The translations under genes were made by a program, and so were the position numbers. A DNA stretch of 64,000 nt from an uncultured Chloroflexia bacterium (lineage in GTDB: Bacteria > Chloroflexota > Limnocylindria > Limnocylindrales > CSP1-4). The notes under the pieces were generated by a model, which did no database searches, was not told the DNA's origin, and saw only the letters and a list, made by a program, of their open reading frames with translations. The stretch's first letter is position 1. Each line of letters begins with the position of its first letter. The stretch spans positions 2,624,001 to 2,688,000 of the forward strand of contig OY970218.1 in the NCBI GenBank assembly GCA_963713975.1. The letters are read 5' to 3'. This document shows, in pieces, positions 53,986-63,552 of the stretch.

Positions 53986-54816
53986 ATGATCCCCTTCGTC
54001 GACATCGACGACGCCACCATGCGGGTTCTTGAACGCCACGAGACGCATGCGCATGCCATCGGGGGCCGGGATGTCCGGGATCTCACCCACGCGCTCGTCC
54101 TGTACGACCCGCGGGACGCGGAGCCGTTCTGGAACCGGATGGCGAGCGTCCGCTGGCCGGACGACGAGACGGGGTTCGACCTGCACCTGTCGCAGTCGCT
54201 GGTGCTGTTTGCCTCGCTCGATCGCCGGCCCCACGTCTGGCCATCGCCGGTGCACTCGGGGCCCGGGGACCTGGCCGACAGGCTTGCCGCGCACGGGTTC
54301 GAGGACGTTGGGGGAGGCCACGTCATGGTCCTTGAAGACCCCCTCGCATGCCGTCCGGTACGCCCGGGGGAGGCTGGACGTGGCATCACCGTGGCCTCGA
54401 TCCGGACTTCGGCCGATGCCGGTGACGGCGAGTCCGGCGAGCTCGGCCTGGTCCTGGCCGAATCGTTCGGGTTCCTGGACGCGCGTAAGGCCGAGCTCGC
54501 CGAGGACGTCCGGGCGACGCTGGACGACCCGAGGATCGCGTTCGCGCTCGTCCGCGTGGACGGGGAGCCGGCGGCAGCCGCCAAGGCCACGACGTTCGAC
54601 GGCCTGACCTACCTCTCGTCGATCGGGACCCGCGACGCGTTCAGGGGCCGCGGCCTTGCGGGCCTGGCGACGAGACACGCCATGGCCGCCGCCGGTGCTC
54701 ACGAGGCCGGGCGCGCGTACCTGGGCGTGAGCTCGGGCAACGACCCGGCCCTCCGGCTCTACGCACGGCTGGGCTTTGCGTCCGTCGGAGAGTCACCGGA
54801 CATGCTGCTGGGATGA
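53986..54816 (+). CDS. GNAT family N-acetyltransferase
   Basis: FRGRGLA acetyl-CoA motif; NDPALRLYARLGF. Confidence 0.88.
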   Translation: MIPFVDIDDATMRVLERHETHAHAIGGRDVRDLTHALVLYDPRDAEPFWNRMASVRWPDDETGFDLHLSQSLVLFASLDRRPHVWPSPVHSGPGDLADRLAAHGFEDVGGGHVMVLEDPLACRPVRPGEAGRGITVASIRTSADAGDGESGELGLVLAESFGFLDARKAELAEDVRATLDDPRIAFALVRVDGEPAAAAKATTFDGLTYLSSIGTRDAFRGRGLAGLATRHAMAAAGAHEAGRAYLGVSSGNDPALRLYARLGFASVGESPDMLLG

Positions 54817-55526
54817 TGCTCTGGGCCCGGCTGACCTGGCAGACGAAGGAGCCGTCGACGACGGCGGCCGAGCTTGTTCGCCGGCTCGAGGTTCCGGCCG
54901 TCCCGGGCGGCCTCGTGGCGGGCGCGCGCCTGCTGAGCCTGGGCACGGCGCTGCTCGAGGTGCGACCGTGGATCCGCGAGGGCCCGGACGATACGCCGCG
55001 CACCACCGGCCGCCTCATGCTGGAGCCGGTCCCCGACGGTGAGGAGACGCCGCGACGCGACGACGAGCGCCGACCGGCGCTCGTCGGCCTCGGTTGGGCC
55101 ACGGTGGACCTGGACCGGGCCGAGGCGGAGCTGGATCCGTGGATGGGTCCCCGGCCCGAGGGTGGCGGTGGAGACGGCGCCGGACGGACCGACGAACATC
55201 TTGGCGCCTCGACCCGGCTCCGCGGTGGTGCCGGATTGCCGGGCTCCTGGACGATCCTGCTGGAGCCATCGACCGAGGGTCGCGCCGCCGCGTCGCTGGC
55301 ACGGGACGGCGAGGGTCCGTGTGCCCTCTACCTGTGGCCCGCCGCGGGGCTGGACGCGTGGCTGGGGGCGGCCCGTGATCGCGGCGTCACCTCGAGCGCC
55401 TTGCGCGACGGTCCCTTCGGCTTGCAGGTGCTGCTGGCGGGTGCCGCTTCGGGGCCACACGTCATCATCGTGGAGAGCCGCACGCCGGTGGCGGCGCCGC
55501 CCGGGACGGGTACCATCGCGCCATGA
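54813..55526 (+). CDS. hypothetical protein, distant VOC/glyoxalase-like
   Basis: Overlaps both neighbours (ATGA); ATVDLDRA...LLEP...LARDGEG pattern. Confidence 0.65.
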   Translation: MMLWARLTWQTKEPSTTAAELVRRLEVPAVPGGLVAGARLLSLGTALLEVRPWIREGPDDTPRTTGRLMLEPVPDGEETPRRDDERRPALVGLGWATVDLDRAEAELDPWMGPRPEGGGGDGAGRTDEHLGASTRLRGGAGLPGSWTILLEPSTEGRAAASLARDGEGPCALYLWPAAGLDAWLGAARDRGVTSSALRDGPFGLQVLLAGAASGPHVIIVESRTPVAAPPGTGTIAP

Positions 55527-55963
55527 ACGACGCTGTTGAGGTCACGGTCAGGGCCGCTACTGCCGACGATGCCGAGCGTTTCGCGGCGCTTCTCTCGGAC
55601 GAGGGCTATCCCGCCGGGTCGTCGGACCTGGCGGCGCGCATCGACCGGTTCTCCACGCCGGACGCACGGGTCCTCGCGGCCGAGGCGGCGGGTGAGGTCA
55701 TCGGCTTCGTCGCCTTCACGCTGGTGCCGCGCTTCGAGACCGACGAGCGGTTCGCGCGCATCGTCGCCCTCGTGGTGGACCCTGGCGTCCGTGAGCGCGG
55801 CATCGGTCGCCGCCTGATGACGGAGGCAGAGCGCGTCGCAGGGGAGGATGGCGCCGCCTTCCTCGAGGTCACCGCCGGACACCATCGGCCGGAGGCACGC
55901 CAGCTGTTCGAGTCGCTGGGCTACGACGCCGGGCTGGCGGCGTACCTGCGCAAGCGGCCCTGA
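55523..55963 (+). CDS. GNAT family N-acetyltransferase
   Basis: LVVDPGVRERGIGRRL, FESLGY. Confidence 0.9.
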   Translation: MNDAVEVTVRAATADDAERFAALLSDEGYPAGSSDLAARIDRFSTPDARVLAAEAAGEVIGFVAFTLVPRFETDERFARIVALVVDPGVRERGIGRRLMTEAERVAGEDGAAFLEVTAGHHRPEARQLFESLGYDAGLAAYLRKRP

Positions 55964-56038
55964 TCCCGGCCCGCGCCAGGCTCGCATCGCGCCCGCACCC
56001 GGCCTGCGTTCCGGTGACCTTGCGATGACCCTCGAGCC

Positions 56039-57331
56039 ATGAGCTTGCCGCGCCTTCGTCTCCGCGACGAGGTCGCATCGTTGCTCGACCTGCCGTGGGA
56101 GCAGCCGCTCGCCCGCTGGGAGACCGGGGCCAGTCTCGACTTTCGCGAACTACCGGTCGGGCCGTCCCGGCACCTGGTCCGCTTCCTGGCGACGAGCGGC
56201 ACCATCCACGCGCTCAAGGAGCTCCCGGAGCTCGTCGCGGAACGGGAGTTCACGGTGCTGCGTCACCTCGAGGTCGCGGGCCTGCCCGCCGTCCGTGCGG
56301 TCGGCCTTGCCCAGCGCCCCGATCGCGGCGACGCGATCCTGGTCACGGAGTACCTGCGCCACTCGATGCAGTACCGGCGCCTGCTCATGCGCCTGCGCGC
56401 GGTGACCGCCGATTACCGCGACCGCCTGCTCGATGCGATGGCGCTGCTGCTGGTGGACCTGCACCGGGGTGGCGTGTACTGGGGCGACTGCTCGCTCGCG
56501 AACACCCTCTTCCGCCGGGATGGTGACCGGATCCAGGCCTTCCTGGTGGATGCCGAGACGAGCGAGGTGCACCCGGGGCTCTCGGACGGCCAGCGTGCCT
56601 TCGACCTCGACATCCTGGTCGAGAACGTCGCCTACGGACTGGCGGACCTCGCTGCCTACCAGGGCCGCCCCGAGGATGCGGAGGCGGCCATCGCGGCGGC
56701 GGAGTCCGTGCGCACGCGGTATGGCAGGGTGTGGCACGAGCTGTACGGCCAGCCGGACCTCATCCCTGGGGACCGGCAGGCGATCCGGGCGCGTCTGCGC
56801 CGCCTCAACGACCTCGGCTTCTCGGTCGACCTCGAGGTGGACCCGGTGGGTTCCGCTGGGGCGGTCCGACTGCGAACGTCCGTGACCACCCGCCGCTTCC
56901 ATGCGAACGAGCTGGAGCGGCGGACGCGGCTCCGTGCCCTCGAGGGCCAGGCCCGCATCCTGCTCAACGACCTCGCCGAGTACCGCGCCTGGCTCGAGTG
57001 GTTCGATCGCAGGCCCGTCGCGGCGGACGAGGCGGCAGACCGCTGGCTGCGCGATGTCTACCGGCCCACGCAGGCACGGATCACCGCCTTCGTCGGACCC
57101 GACCGGGACCTGGTCCAGGCGTATTGCGACGTGCTGGAGCACAAGTGGCTGCTGTCCGAGCAGGCCGGCACGGACGTGGGCCTCGACGCGGCGATCGTCT
57201 CCTACGTGGCCGAGGGCGCCCCGGCGCCGGAGCAGTCGGCCCCGGGAAGCACGCGGTCCCTGTCGCAGGGCGGCCCGGAGGGGGCGGAGGAGGAGCTGGA
57301 CGAGCTCGGCTACGACGGTGCCGCCAGCTGA
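56039..57331 (+). CDS. DUF4032 domain protein (Kdo/LPS-kinase-like)
   Basis: LLDLPW..PL..W, SRHLVRF, LH..GVYWGDCSLANTLFRRD, VDAETSE, LEHKWLLSE. Confidence 0.9.
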   Translation: MSLPRLRLRDEVASLLDLPWEQPLARWETGASLDFRELPVGPSRHLVRFLATSGTIHALKELPELVAEREFTVLRHLEVAGLPAVRAVGLAQRPDRGDAILVTEYLRHSMQYRRLLMRLRAVTADYRDRLLDAMALLLVDLHRGGVYWGDCSLANTLFRRDGDRIQAFLVDAETSEVHPGLSDGQRAFDLDILVENVAYGLADLAAYQGRPEDAEAAIAAAESVRTRYGRVWHELYGQPDLIPGDRQAIRARLRRLNDLGFSVDLEVDPVGSAGAVRLRTSVTTRRFHANELERRTRLRALEGQARILLNDLAEYRAWLEWFDRRPVAADEAADRWLRDVYRPTQARITAFVGPDRDLVQAYCDVLEHKWLLSEQAGTDVGLDAAIVSYVAEGAPAPEQSAPGSTRSLSQGGPEGAEEELDELGYDGAAS

Positions 57332-57346
57332 CCCCGACCAGGCGGC

Positions 57347-57880
57347 CTACCCCGGGGCCTGCCAGTGCTCCCGGTGGACGATCTCAGCGAGCGAGCGGCG
57401 CCCACCCGGCCGATTGGGCGCTGTGAGCTTCGACGGGTCTGCAGGGTAGCCGAACGACAGGATGTACTCGCACCACATCGCGTCCGGGTAGCCCAGCAGT
57501 CGCCGCGCTGCCTCCTGCTCATAGACGGTCGCCGGACAGCTGCCGATGCCCATCGCCCAGGCGACCAGCATCATCTGCGCCGCCGCGCCACCCGCGTCCC
57601 ACACGACGCTGAGGGGCTGGCCCGGCCCAAGCGGATCCGGCGTGACGAGCGCGACGGCCGCCGCGGCGCCGGCGACATGACCGGCGTACGGGCCGAGCTT
57701 CGAGAGGTCCTCGAGGCGGGCACGGTCCTCCATGACGATGAACGCCCAGCGCTGCTGGTTCTTGGAGCTGTGAGCCCTGCTGCCGGCGCGCACGATGCGC
57801 TCGAGATCGTCCGGGTCGATGGGGCGGTCCAGGAACTTCCGCACGGCCCGCTTCGTGCGAACTGCGTCCCAGACGGTCAT
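57347..57880 (-). CDS. nitroreductase family protein
   Basis: KRAVRKF, AHSSKNQQRW, GIGSC, FGYP; SD GAGGAG. Confidence 0.9.
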   Translation of the reverse strand: MTVWDAVRTKRAVRKFLDRPIDPDDLERIVRAGSRAHSSKNQQRWAFIVMEDRARLEDLSKLGPYAGHVAGAAAAVALVTPDPLGPGQPLSVVWDAGGAAAQMMLVAWAMGIGSCPATVYEQEAARRLLGYPDAMWCEYILSFGYPADPSKLTAPNRPGGRRSLAEIVHREHWQAPG

Positions 57881-57891
57881 CGGGCGGCTCC

Positions 57892-59001
57892 TCATGAGGT
57901 CGGGTTGGTGTCCTGTCCCGTCGGCACCGGGCTCGGGATCGGCGTCTGGTGGCGGCGGACCAGGCGGGCAAGCGAGCGCAGGCCTCCCGGCTCCTCGTCG
58001 AGGGTCGTGAGTCGCTCGGGATCCGGGAGTCGCTGGGCGGGGACATCCGTCGCCACCGCGGCAGCCTCGTCCGGGGCGAGCGGCCCACCGAGGTGCGTGG
58101 CCAGGAACCGGGCGATGGCGCCCCGGTAGACCGGGAACTCGTAGAGCCACGAGTGGCGTCCGTCAGGGACGATCAGCGTCTCGGTGACCGCCGTGGGTCG
58201 AGCCGCTCGCCTGGCCGCGGCCAGCCGGTGGAGGTCGCTCGCCGGCACGACCCCGTCCTCCGTCCCGTGGGCAAGGAGGACGGGCACATCGATGTCGCGC
58301 ACGGCGCGGGTCGCGCTGATCGAATCCACCGTATGGCCCCGCGGGCGGAGGTAGACGCGCACGGTCAGCCATGCAAGTGGCCAGGCGATGAACCCTGGGA
58401 TCGGAAGACGGGCAAGGCGGAATGTCTGGCGGGTGAGCCGCCACGGATCGGCCGGCGTGGAGACCGCGATCACCGCCGACACGTCCGGGTGGCCGACCGC
58501 GGCGACCAGCGAGCCGGCCGCACCCATGGAGTGACCGAGGATCGCCACGCGCGACACCTCTGGACGGTCCGCCAGCCAGGTCGCGGCCGCCTCGGCGTCC
58601 GCGGCGAACTCGCCCACGGAGAGGGGGAGTGTCTCCGGTCCATTGGCTCCGTGGCCGCGGACGTCGATCGTGAGCACGTGGAGGCCCACGGCGTGGAGCA
58701 CCTGGACGTGCCCGAGGGTGCGGTCACGGGCCGACTCCCAGCCGTGGACCAGCACGACACCCGGAGCCACGTCGGGGCCGGCCGGGATGTGCCAGCCCGG
58801 GAGTCGCAGGCCATCGGGCGTCGGGACGGTGACGTCCACCCAGTCCAGGCCGACTGCCGCCGGCGTCCACGCGGGCGGGTGGCGCTGCGGGTAACCGGCC
58901 CGCACCCGGTAGATCAGCGCGAACCGGTAGGCCAGAGCGAAGGGGATGGCCGCGACGGCGGCGGCGAGACCGGCTCGGCGAGCGCGGCGCATGGGTGGCA
59001 T
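57892..59001 (-). CDS. alpha/beta hydrolase with N-terminal TM
   Basis: HGW, DVRGHG, GHSMG, HGTEDGVV, GRH. Confidence 0.9.
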   Translation of the reverse strand: MPPMRRARRAGLAAAVAAIPFALAYRFALIYRVRAGYPQRHPPAWTPAAVGLDWVDVTVPTPDGLRLPGWHIPAGPDVAPGVVLVHGWESARDRTLGHVQVLHAVGLHVLTIDVRGHGANGPETLPLSVGEFAADAEAAATWLADRPEVSRVAILGHSMGAAGSLVAAVGHPDVSAVIAVSTPADPWRLTRQTFRLARLPIPGFIAWPLAWLTVRVYLRPRGHTVDSISATRAVRDIDVPVLLAHGTEDGVVPASDLHRLAAARRAARPTAVTETLIVPDGRHSWLYEFPVYRGAIARFLATHLGGPLAPDEAAAVATDVPAQRLPDPERLTTLDEEPGGLRSLARLVRRHQTPIPSPVPTGQDTNPTS

Positions 59002-59071
59002 GGCGCTATCGGACCCCGGGTCGCACCGGCTGTCAAGCGGGGGGGCCCGCGACGGGCGATACACTCGGACC

Positions 59072-59818
59072 GTGCCCCACAAGGACCCGCACACGGTGCT
59101 CGGCATCGAGCCCGGTGCTCCTCCCGACGAGATCAAGGCCGCCTGGCGCGCCCTCGCCCGCCGGCACCACCCGGACCTGATCGGCGACGACCCCGAGGTC
59201 GCCGGCCATGCGACGCGGCGCATGGCGGAGATCAATGCCGCCTATGCCGCCCTGACGCGGGCGGGCGAGACGATCGAGGCGCAGCGCTCCGGTCGCTCCG
59301 GGCGCACTACGACGGGCACCGGGACCAAGGGTGCGCCGGCCGGATCGGCCAGCCGCGGGGGCCCGCCACCGCCCCCCAGGACGCGACCGGTCACTGCCCG
59401 GGTCGACACGAGCAGCACCGTCCGACCGCGCAACCAGACCACCACACCGCCCGGGCTGCGGCTCCCGCTCTCGGGCCAGCCGCCACTCCGTCATGGCCGC
59501 TCCGCGCCGGACCTGAGGGCCTCGCAGCCGTCCGGGCCCATGGAGCGCGGTCGCCGCCATGGCCATGTAGTGCCCGAACCCCCGAGCCTGGAAGACGCGT
59601 TCGACGTGGAGGTCACGTTCGGGAAGTTCCACGGCCACACGCTCGGCCAGATCGCCGCCTTCGAGCCGTCGTACATCGACTGGCTCGCGGGAACCATGAC
59701 GCGCGAGCCGGACATTGCCATGGCCGCGCGGGTCATCGTCGGCGAGCTCGACAGGCGGGGCGTCCGGAGAGCCCATCGGCCGCAGCGTCCAGGGTGGCAG
59801 TCCAACCCGTTCCGCTGA
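59072..59818 (+). CDS. J-domain protein with C-terminal FGK-type (DUF3820-like) domain
   Basis: DPHTVLG...EIKAAWR...HHPD...EINAAY; C-terminal TFGKFHGHTLGQI...PSYIDWL. Confidence 0.85.
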   Translation: MPHKDPHTVLGIEPGAPPDEIKAAWRALARRHHPDLIGDDPEVAGHATRRMAEINAAYAALTRAGETIEAQRSGRSGRTTTGTGTKGAPAGSASRGGPPPPPRTRPVTARVDTSSTVRPRNQTTTPPGLRLPLSGQPPLRHGRSAPDLRASQPSGPMERGRRHGHVVPEPPSLEDAFDVEVTFGKFHGHTLGQIAAFEPSYIDWLAGTMTREPDIAMAARVIVGELDRRGVRRAHRPQRPGWQSNPFR

Positions 59819-59854
59819 GCTGAGCGGGCGGAGACGGCCGAGCGGCGCGAGCGG

Positions 59855-59892
59855 GAAACGAACGCACCCCCGGCGAGACTGCCGAGGGTGCG
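59855..59892 (-). terminator. intrinsic terminator (possibly bidirectional)
   Basis: Minus strand CGCACCCTCGGC-AGTCTC-GCCGGGGGTGCG then TTCGTTT. Confidence 0.75.
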
Positions 59893-60090
59893 GATAACGC
59901 CTGATGAGTGCAGCCGCCCGCCGGCTTCCAGGCCTGATGGCCGAGGTGCCCAGTTATTCGGCTCGTGACCGGTGGCGCGGTACCCCCGTGCCGTCGAGCG
60001 TCCCCGACGGCCGGGTTGTCCGGCCCTCCGGCCCGTGACCGACGCCCCAGGTGACTCCCGGATCGTCGCGGGTCGGCGCGTTTCGAACGC
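59855..60090 (-). ncRNA. candidate structured ncRNA (~235 nt), 6S/Ms1-like rod
   Basis: TTGAGC-N17-TACGGT promoter, extensive 5'/3' pairing, terminator hairpin with U-tract, no credible ORF. Confidence 0.6.
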
Positions 60091-60096
60091 ACGACA

Positions 60097-60125
60097 ACCG
60101 TACGAGGCTCCCGCCCGTTGCTCAA
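60097..60125 (-). promoter_or_regulatory. sigma70-type promoter of the candidate ncRNA
   Basis: -35 TTGAGC (60125-60120), 17-nt spacer, -10 TACGGT (60102-60097). Confidence 0.6.
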
Positions 60126-60286
60126 TGGGTCGCGTGTCCGGGCTCGACGGGGCGAAGGTCAGGCGCACAGGGGCACCGCCGGGACCATTTGGCCCGCGAC
60201 CAAGGGGACCATTGGCCCGCATAGGGAGTTTGCCCCATTGGCCCCTTCCGAGGCGGGAACGCCGGCCGGCCGGTACGCTCTCTGCG

Positions 60287-60898
60287 ATGGCCCCTCGACC
60301 TTCTGCCACCCGCCGCCTGGTGCTCGGGATCGCCGTGCTCGCGGCGATCACGCTGAGCCTCGTCGGCTGCACCGGGTCCGACGCGCCGATCCTGAGCTTC
60401 GACCCGGGGAGTCCCTGCACCACCAACGGCCAGCAGCCGGGAGCCTACCCGGAGCTCGAGGCCATGCTCCCGGATGCCTACGACGGTGAGGCGCCGTCCA
60501 ACGTGGATTCGGGCCGTACCTGCACGGCTGACGCGCTCGGCCCCCTCTCGGCGGCCGGCGTCGAGAACCTCCGGTTCGCCGGGGCCACCTGGAGGCTGGG
60601 CGGCACCTCGGGCGTGACGATGGCCGTGTTCGAAGCCGACGGTCTGGACCCGACCCTGATGCGCGAGTTCTACGCGACCGGTGCCGACGCAGCCCGGCGG
60701 ACCGAGAAGTCCGCCCTGTCGGACACGACGGTCGGTGGCGTGCCGGGCAAGCGGCTGGACGTCCTGGGCTCGGACGGCCTCGGCCAGACGGTGGTCGCAT
60801 GGCCGGCGGCCACGGATGGCCGCGTGTTCGTGCTGCTGGCCGCGGACCTGGGCGATGCCAAGGTGGCCGACATCCTCGAGACGTTCGGGTCGCGCTGA
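60287..60898 (+). CDS. hypothetical lipoprotein
   Basis: LSLVGC lipobox; TACGCT -10 box 7 nt upstream. Confidence 0.8.
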   Translation: MAPRPSATRRLVLGIAVLAAITLSLVGCTGSDAPILSFDPGSPCTTNGQQPGAYPELEAMLPDAYDGEAPSNVDSGRTCTADALGPLSAAGVENLRFAGATWRLGGTSGVTMAVFEADGLDPTLMREFYATGADAARRTEKSALSDTTVGGVPGKRLDVLGSDGLGQTVVAWPAATDGRVFVLLAADLGDAKVADILETFGSR

Positions 60899-60929
60899 CG
60901 GCTCGGGCCGGTGCTAGAGTCGCCGGACC

Positions 60930-62729
60930 ATGACCGACCGTCCCGACGCATGGGGCCCGCGCCGCCGGGCCTGGCGCATCGAGCGTCTCGCGCCCTCGCT
61001 GGACCGGCTTCCCGAGCGCCGCGAGCGGTTCGCCACCCTCGGCGATCTGCCCGTCGAGCGGCTGTACGGTCCCTGGGATCCTGACCGCGACCCGCAGGAT
61101 CTGGCGGGCGCCGATCCGTACGCTCATCCCGGGCCCGGCGGTCCGACCGCCATCGATCACCACGGCGACCCCCTGCGCGACGGACCGGGCCCGTATGCGG
61201 ACGTGGACCCGCCGCGTGACCTGGGGCTCCCTGGTGAGCCGCCCTACACCCGCGGAATCCACCCGACGGGCTATCGATCGCGGCCGTGGACCATGCGCAT
61301 GTTCGCGGGGTTCGGCAGCGCCGAGGACACCAACGCCCGGTTCCGCCAGCTGCTCGAAGCCGGCCAGACCGGCCTCTCGATCGCCTACGACATGCCCACG
61401 CTCTACGGCTACGACACGGACCACCCGGAGGCAGAGGGGGAGTTCGGGACCTGCGGCGTCGCCGTGAGCAGCCTCGCCGACATGGAGGTCCTGCTGGCGG
61501 GCCTGCCACTGGATCGCGTCAGCACCTCGATGACGATCAACGCCCCGGCCGCGCCGATCTGGGCGATGTACATCGTCGCCGCGGAGAAGGTGGGCGTTCC
61601 GCGGGACAGGCTCGAGGGCACGATCCAGAACGACATCCTCAAGGAGTACGTCGCCCAGAAGGAGTACCTGTACCCGCCCGAGCCGTCGATGCGCCTGGTG
61701 GTTGACACGATCGAGTTCGGGACGCGCGAGCTGCCCCGCTGGAACACCGTCTCGGTCAGCGGCTATCACATTCGCGAGGCCGGCTCCACGGCCGTCCAGG
61801 AGCTGGCGTTCACGATCGCGGACGGGATGGCTTACGTCGAGGCGGCCATCGAGCGCGGCCTGCGGGTGGACGACTTCGCCCCGCGGCTGTCGTTCTTCTT
61901 CAACAGTCACAGCGACTTCTTCGAGGAGATCGCCAAGTTCCGGGCCTCGCGCCGGATCTGGTGGAAGCTGATGAGCGCTCGCTACCGGGCCGAGAACGAG
62001 CGGTCCACCTGGATGCGCTTCCACACCCAGACCGCGGGCGTCTCGCTCACCCCGCAGCAGCCGCTCAACAACCTGACCCGCGTGGCGACACAGGCGCTGG
62101 CGGCAATCCTGGGCGGGACGCAGTCGCTGCACACGGACGCCTACGACGAGGCGCTCGCCGTGCCCACGGCCGAGGCCGCGCTCCTGGCCCTGCGCCAGCA
62201 GCAGGTCCTGTTCGAGGAGACGGGTGTCGCGTCCACGGTCGACCCGCTGGGCGGATCGTGGTTCGTGGAGGCGCTCACCAATCGTGTCGAGCGCGAGGTC
62301 TGGCGCTATCTGGACGAGATTGACCGCCGGGGCGGCATGGTCAAGGCCATCGCCGAGGGCTATCCGCAGCGCGAGATCGCGGACAGCGCCTATCGCTTCC
62401 AGCGCGAGTTCGACGCCGGTGAGCGGGCCATCGTGGGCCTCAACCGATACGTCAACGCCGAGCCCATCCGCATTCCCGTGCTGCAAGTGCCCGAGGGCTC
62501 GCAAGAGCGACACCTTGCCCGCCTGGAGCGGACGCGGGCCGGGCGTGACGGGACATCCGTGGAGGCGGCCCTGGCCGGCCTGCGTGACGCTGCTTCACGC
62601 CCCGGTACCAGCGAGACGAACCTGATGCCGCATTTCATCCGGTGCGCGGAGCGCTACGCGACCCTCGGCGAGCAGTGCCAGGTGCTGCGGGAGGTCTTCG
62701 GCGAGTACCGCGAGCCCGTTTCCGTCTAG
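60930..62729 (+). CDS. B12-dependent acyl-CoA mutase large subunit, isobutyryl-CoA mutase type
   Basis: [48 protein letters not shown]; no fused B12 domain. Confidence 0.92.
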   Translation: MTDRPDAWGPRRRAWRIERLAPSLDRLPERRERFATLGDLPVERLYGPWDPDRDPQDLAGADPYAHPGPGGPTAIDHHGDPLRDGPGPYADVDPPRDLGLPGEPPYTRGIHPTGYRSRPWTMRMFAGFGSAEDTNARFRQLLEAGQTGLSIAYDMPTLYGYDTDHPEAEGEFGTCGVAVSSLADMEVLLAGLPLDRVSTSMTINAPAAPIWAMYIVAAEKVGVPRDRLEGTIQNDILKEYVAQKEYLYPPEPSMRLVVDTIEFGTRELPRWNTVSVSGYHIREAGSTAVQELAFTIADGMAYVEAAIERGLRVDDFAPRLSFFFNSHSDFFEEIAKFRASRRIWWKLMSARYRAENERSTWMRFHTQTAGVSLTPQQPLNNLTRVATQALAAILGGTQSLHTDAYDEALAVPTAEAALLALRQQQVLFEETGVASTVDPLGGSWFVEALTNRVEREVWRYLDEIDRRGGMVKAIAEGYPQREIADSAYRFQREFDAGERAIVGLNRYVNAEPIRIPVLQVPEGSQERHLARLERTRAGRDGTSVEAALAGLRDAASRPGTSETNLMPHFIRCAERYATLGEQCQVLREVFGEYREPVSV

Positions 62730-62802
62730 CCGGGCAGACGCGATCGAGCTGGGATTCGGTGGCTCCGAACCTGGGCCGCCGGACGTGGGTTCGACTAGGG
62801 TC

Positions 62803-63504
62803 TCAGGCCGGGCGGTGGCGGGCGGCCAGGGCGACGGCCTCGCCGAGGCTGTGCGCCACCCCGTCGGCCTCGACGGTGTCCGCGAGGCCCGGAACGGCGG
62901 AGATCTGCCCGCCCACGATCACGCTGATCTCCCGCTCGCCTGCCGCCTCGCGCACGGCCCCGACGGCCTCCGCGAGGGCGCCGACCCGCTGCTCATCCAG
63001 CGCCGTCAGGGCGACCAGGGCGACGTCGTTGCGGCTCACGAACCTGCCGAGATCGGCGGCAGGCACGTCGGCACCGAGGTTCGCGACGGTCCACCCGTCC
63101 TCGGCCAGAAGGTGCTCCAGGCAGACGAGCCCGATCATGTGCTGCTCACCCGCCACGGCGGCCAGTACCGCAACGGGCCCGATCCGACCTTCCGGCCCCA
63201 TCTCGGGTCGGAGCCGGTCGAGCGTGCGCAGCAACGTGCGCGATGCGAGGTGCTCCTCGGCCACGGACCACTGGCCGGTGCTCCATCGCTCGCCGACCAG
63301 GGCCATCGCGTCGCGCAGCAGGCCGTCGTAGACCTCCGCCCGCGATGACTCTGCCAGGGCGTGGCGCAGGGTCCAGGCGGCCAGCTCGTCGTCGCCGTCG
63401 CCCAGGAGGCCGGCCAGCAGCTCCGGGGACAGGGACGTGCCGGTATCGGCATCGGCCGTCACCGGATCGACGGGCGGGAGGTTGAACGGGACGTGGTCGC
63501 TCAC
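62803..63504 (-). CDS. stand-alone cobalamin-binding protein (cap + Rossmann), CarH/AerR-like
   Basis: W-x9-EH (WSTGQWSVAEEH), EQHMIG, LGADVP, VGG. Confidence 0.88.
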   Translation of the reverse strand: MSDHVPFNLPPVDPVTADADTGTSLSPELLAGLLGDGDDELAAWTLRHALAESSRAEVYDGLLRDAMALVGERWSTGQWSVAEEHLASRTLLRTLDRLRPEMGPEGRIGPVAVLAAVAGEQHMIGLVCLEHLLAEDGWTVANLGADVPAADLGRFVSRNDVALVALTALDEQRVGALAEAVGAVREAAGEREISVIVGGQISAVPGLADTVEADGVAHSLGEAVALAARHRPA

Positions 63505-63552
63505 GGGCGGACTCTAGCATCGCGGACGGCGCGGCGGGTCTACGATGCCGTC

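Noticed and set aside
59853-59910. Hammerhead ribozyme suggested by GAAAC...CTGATGAG
   Set aside because: No properly placed NUH cleavage triplet or stems I/III; the hairpin is better explained as a terminator.
62803-63504. Small B12 subunit of the adjacent mutase
   Set aside because: Opposite strand, has a cap domain, and carries ExHxxG/W-x9-EH rather than the mutase DxHxxG motif.
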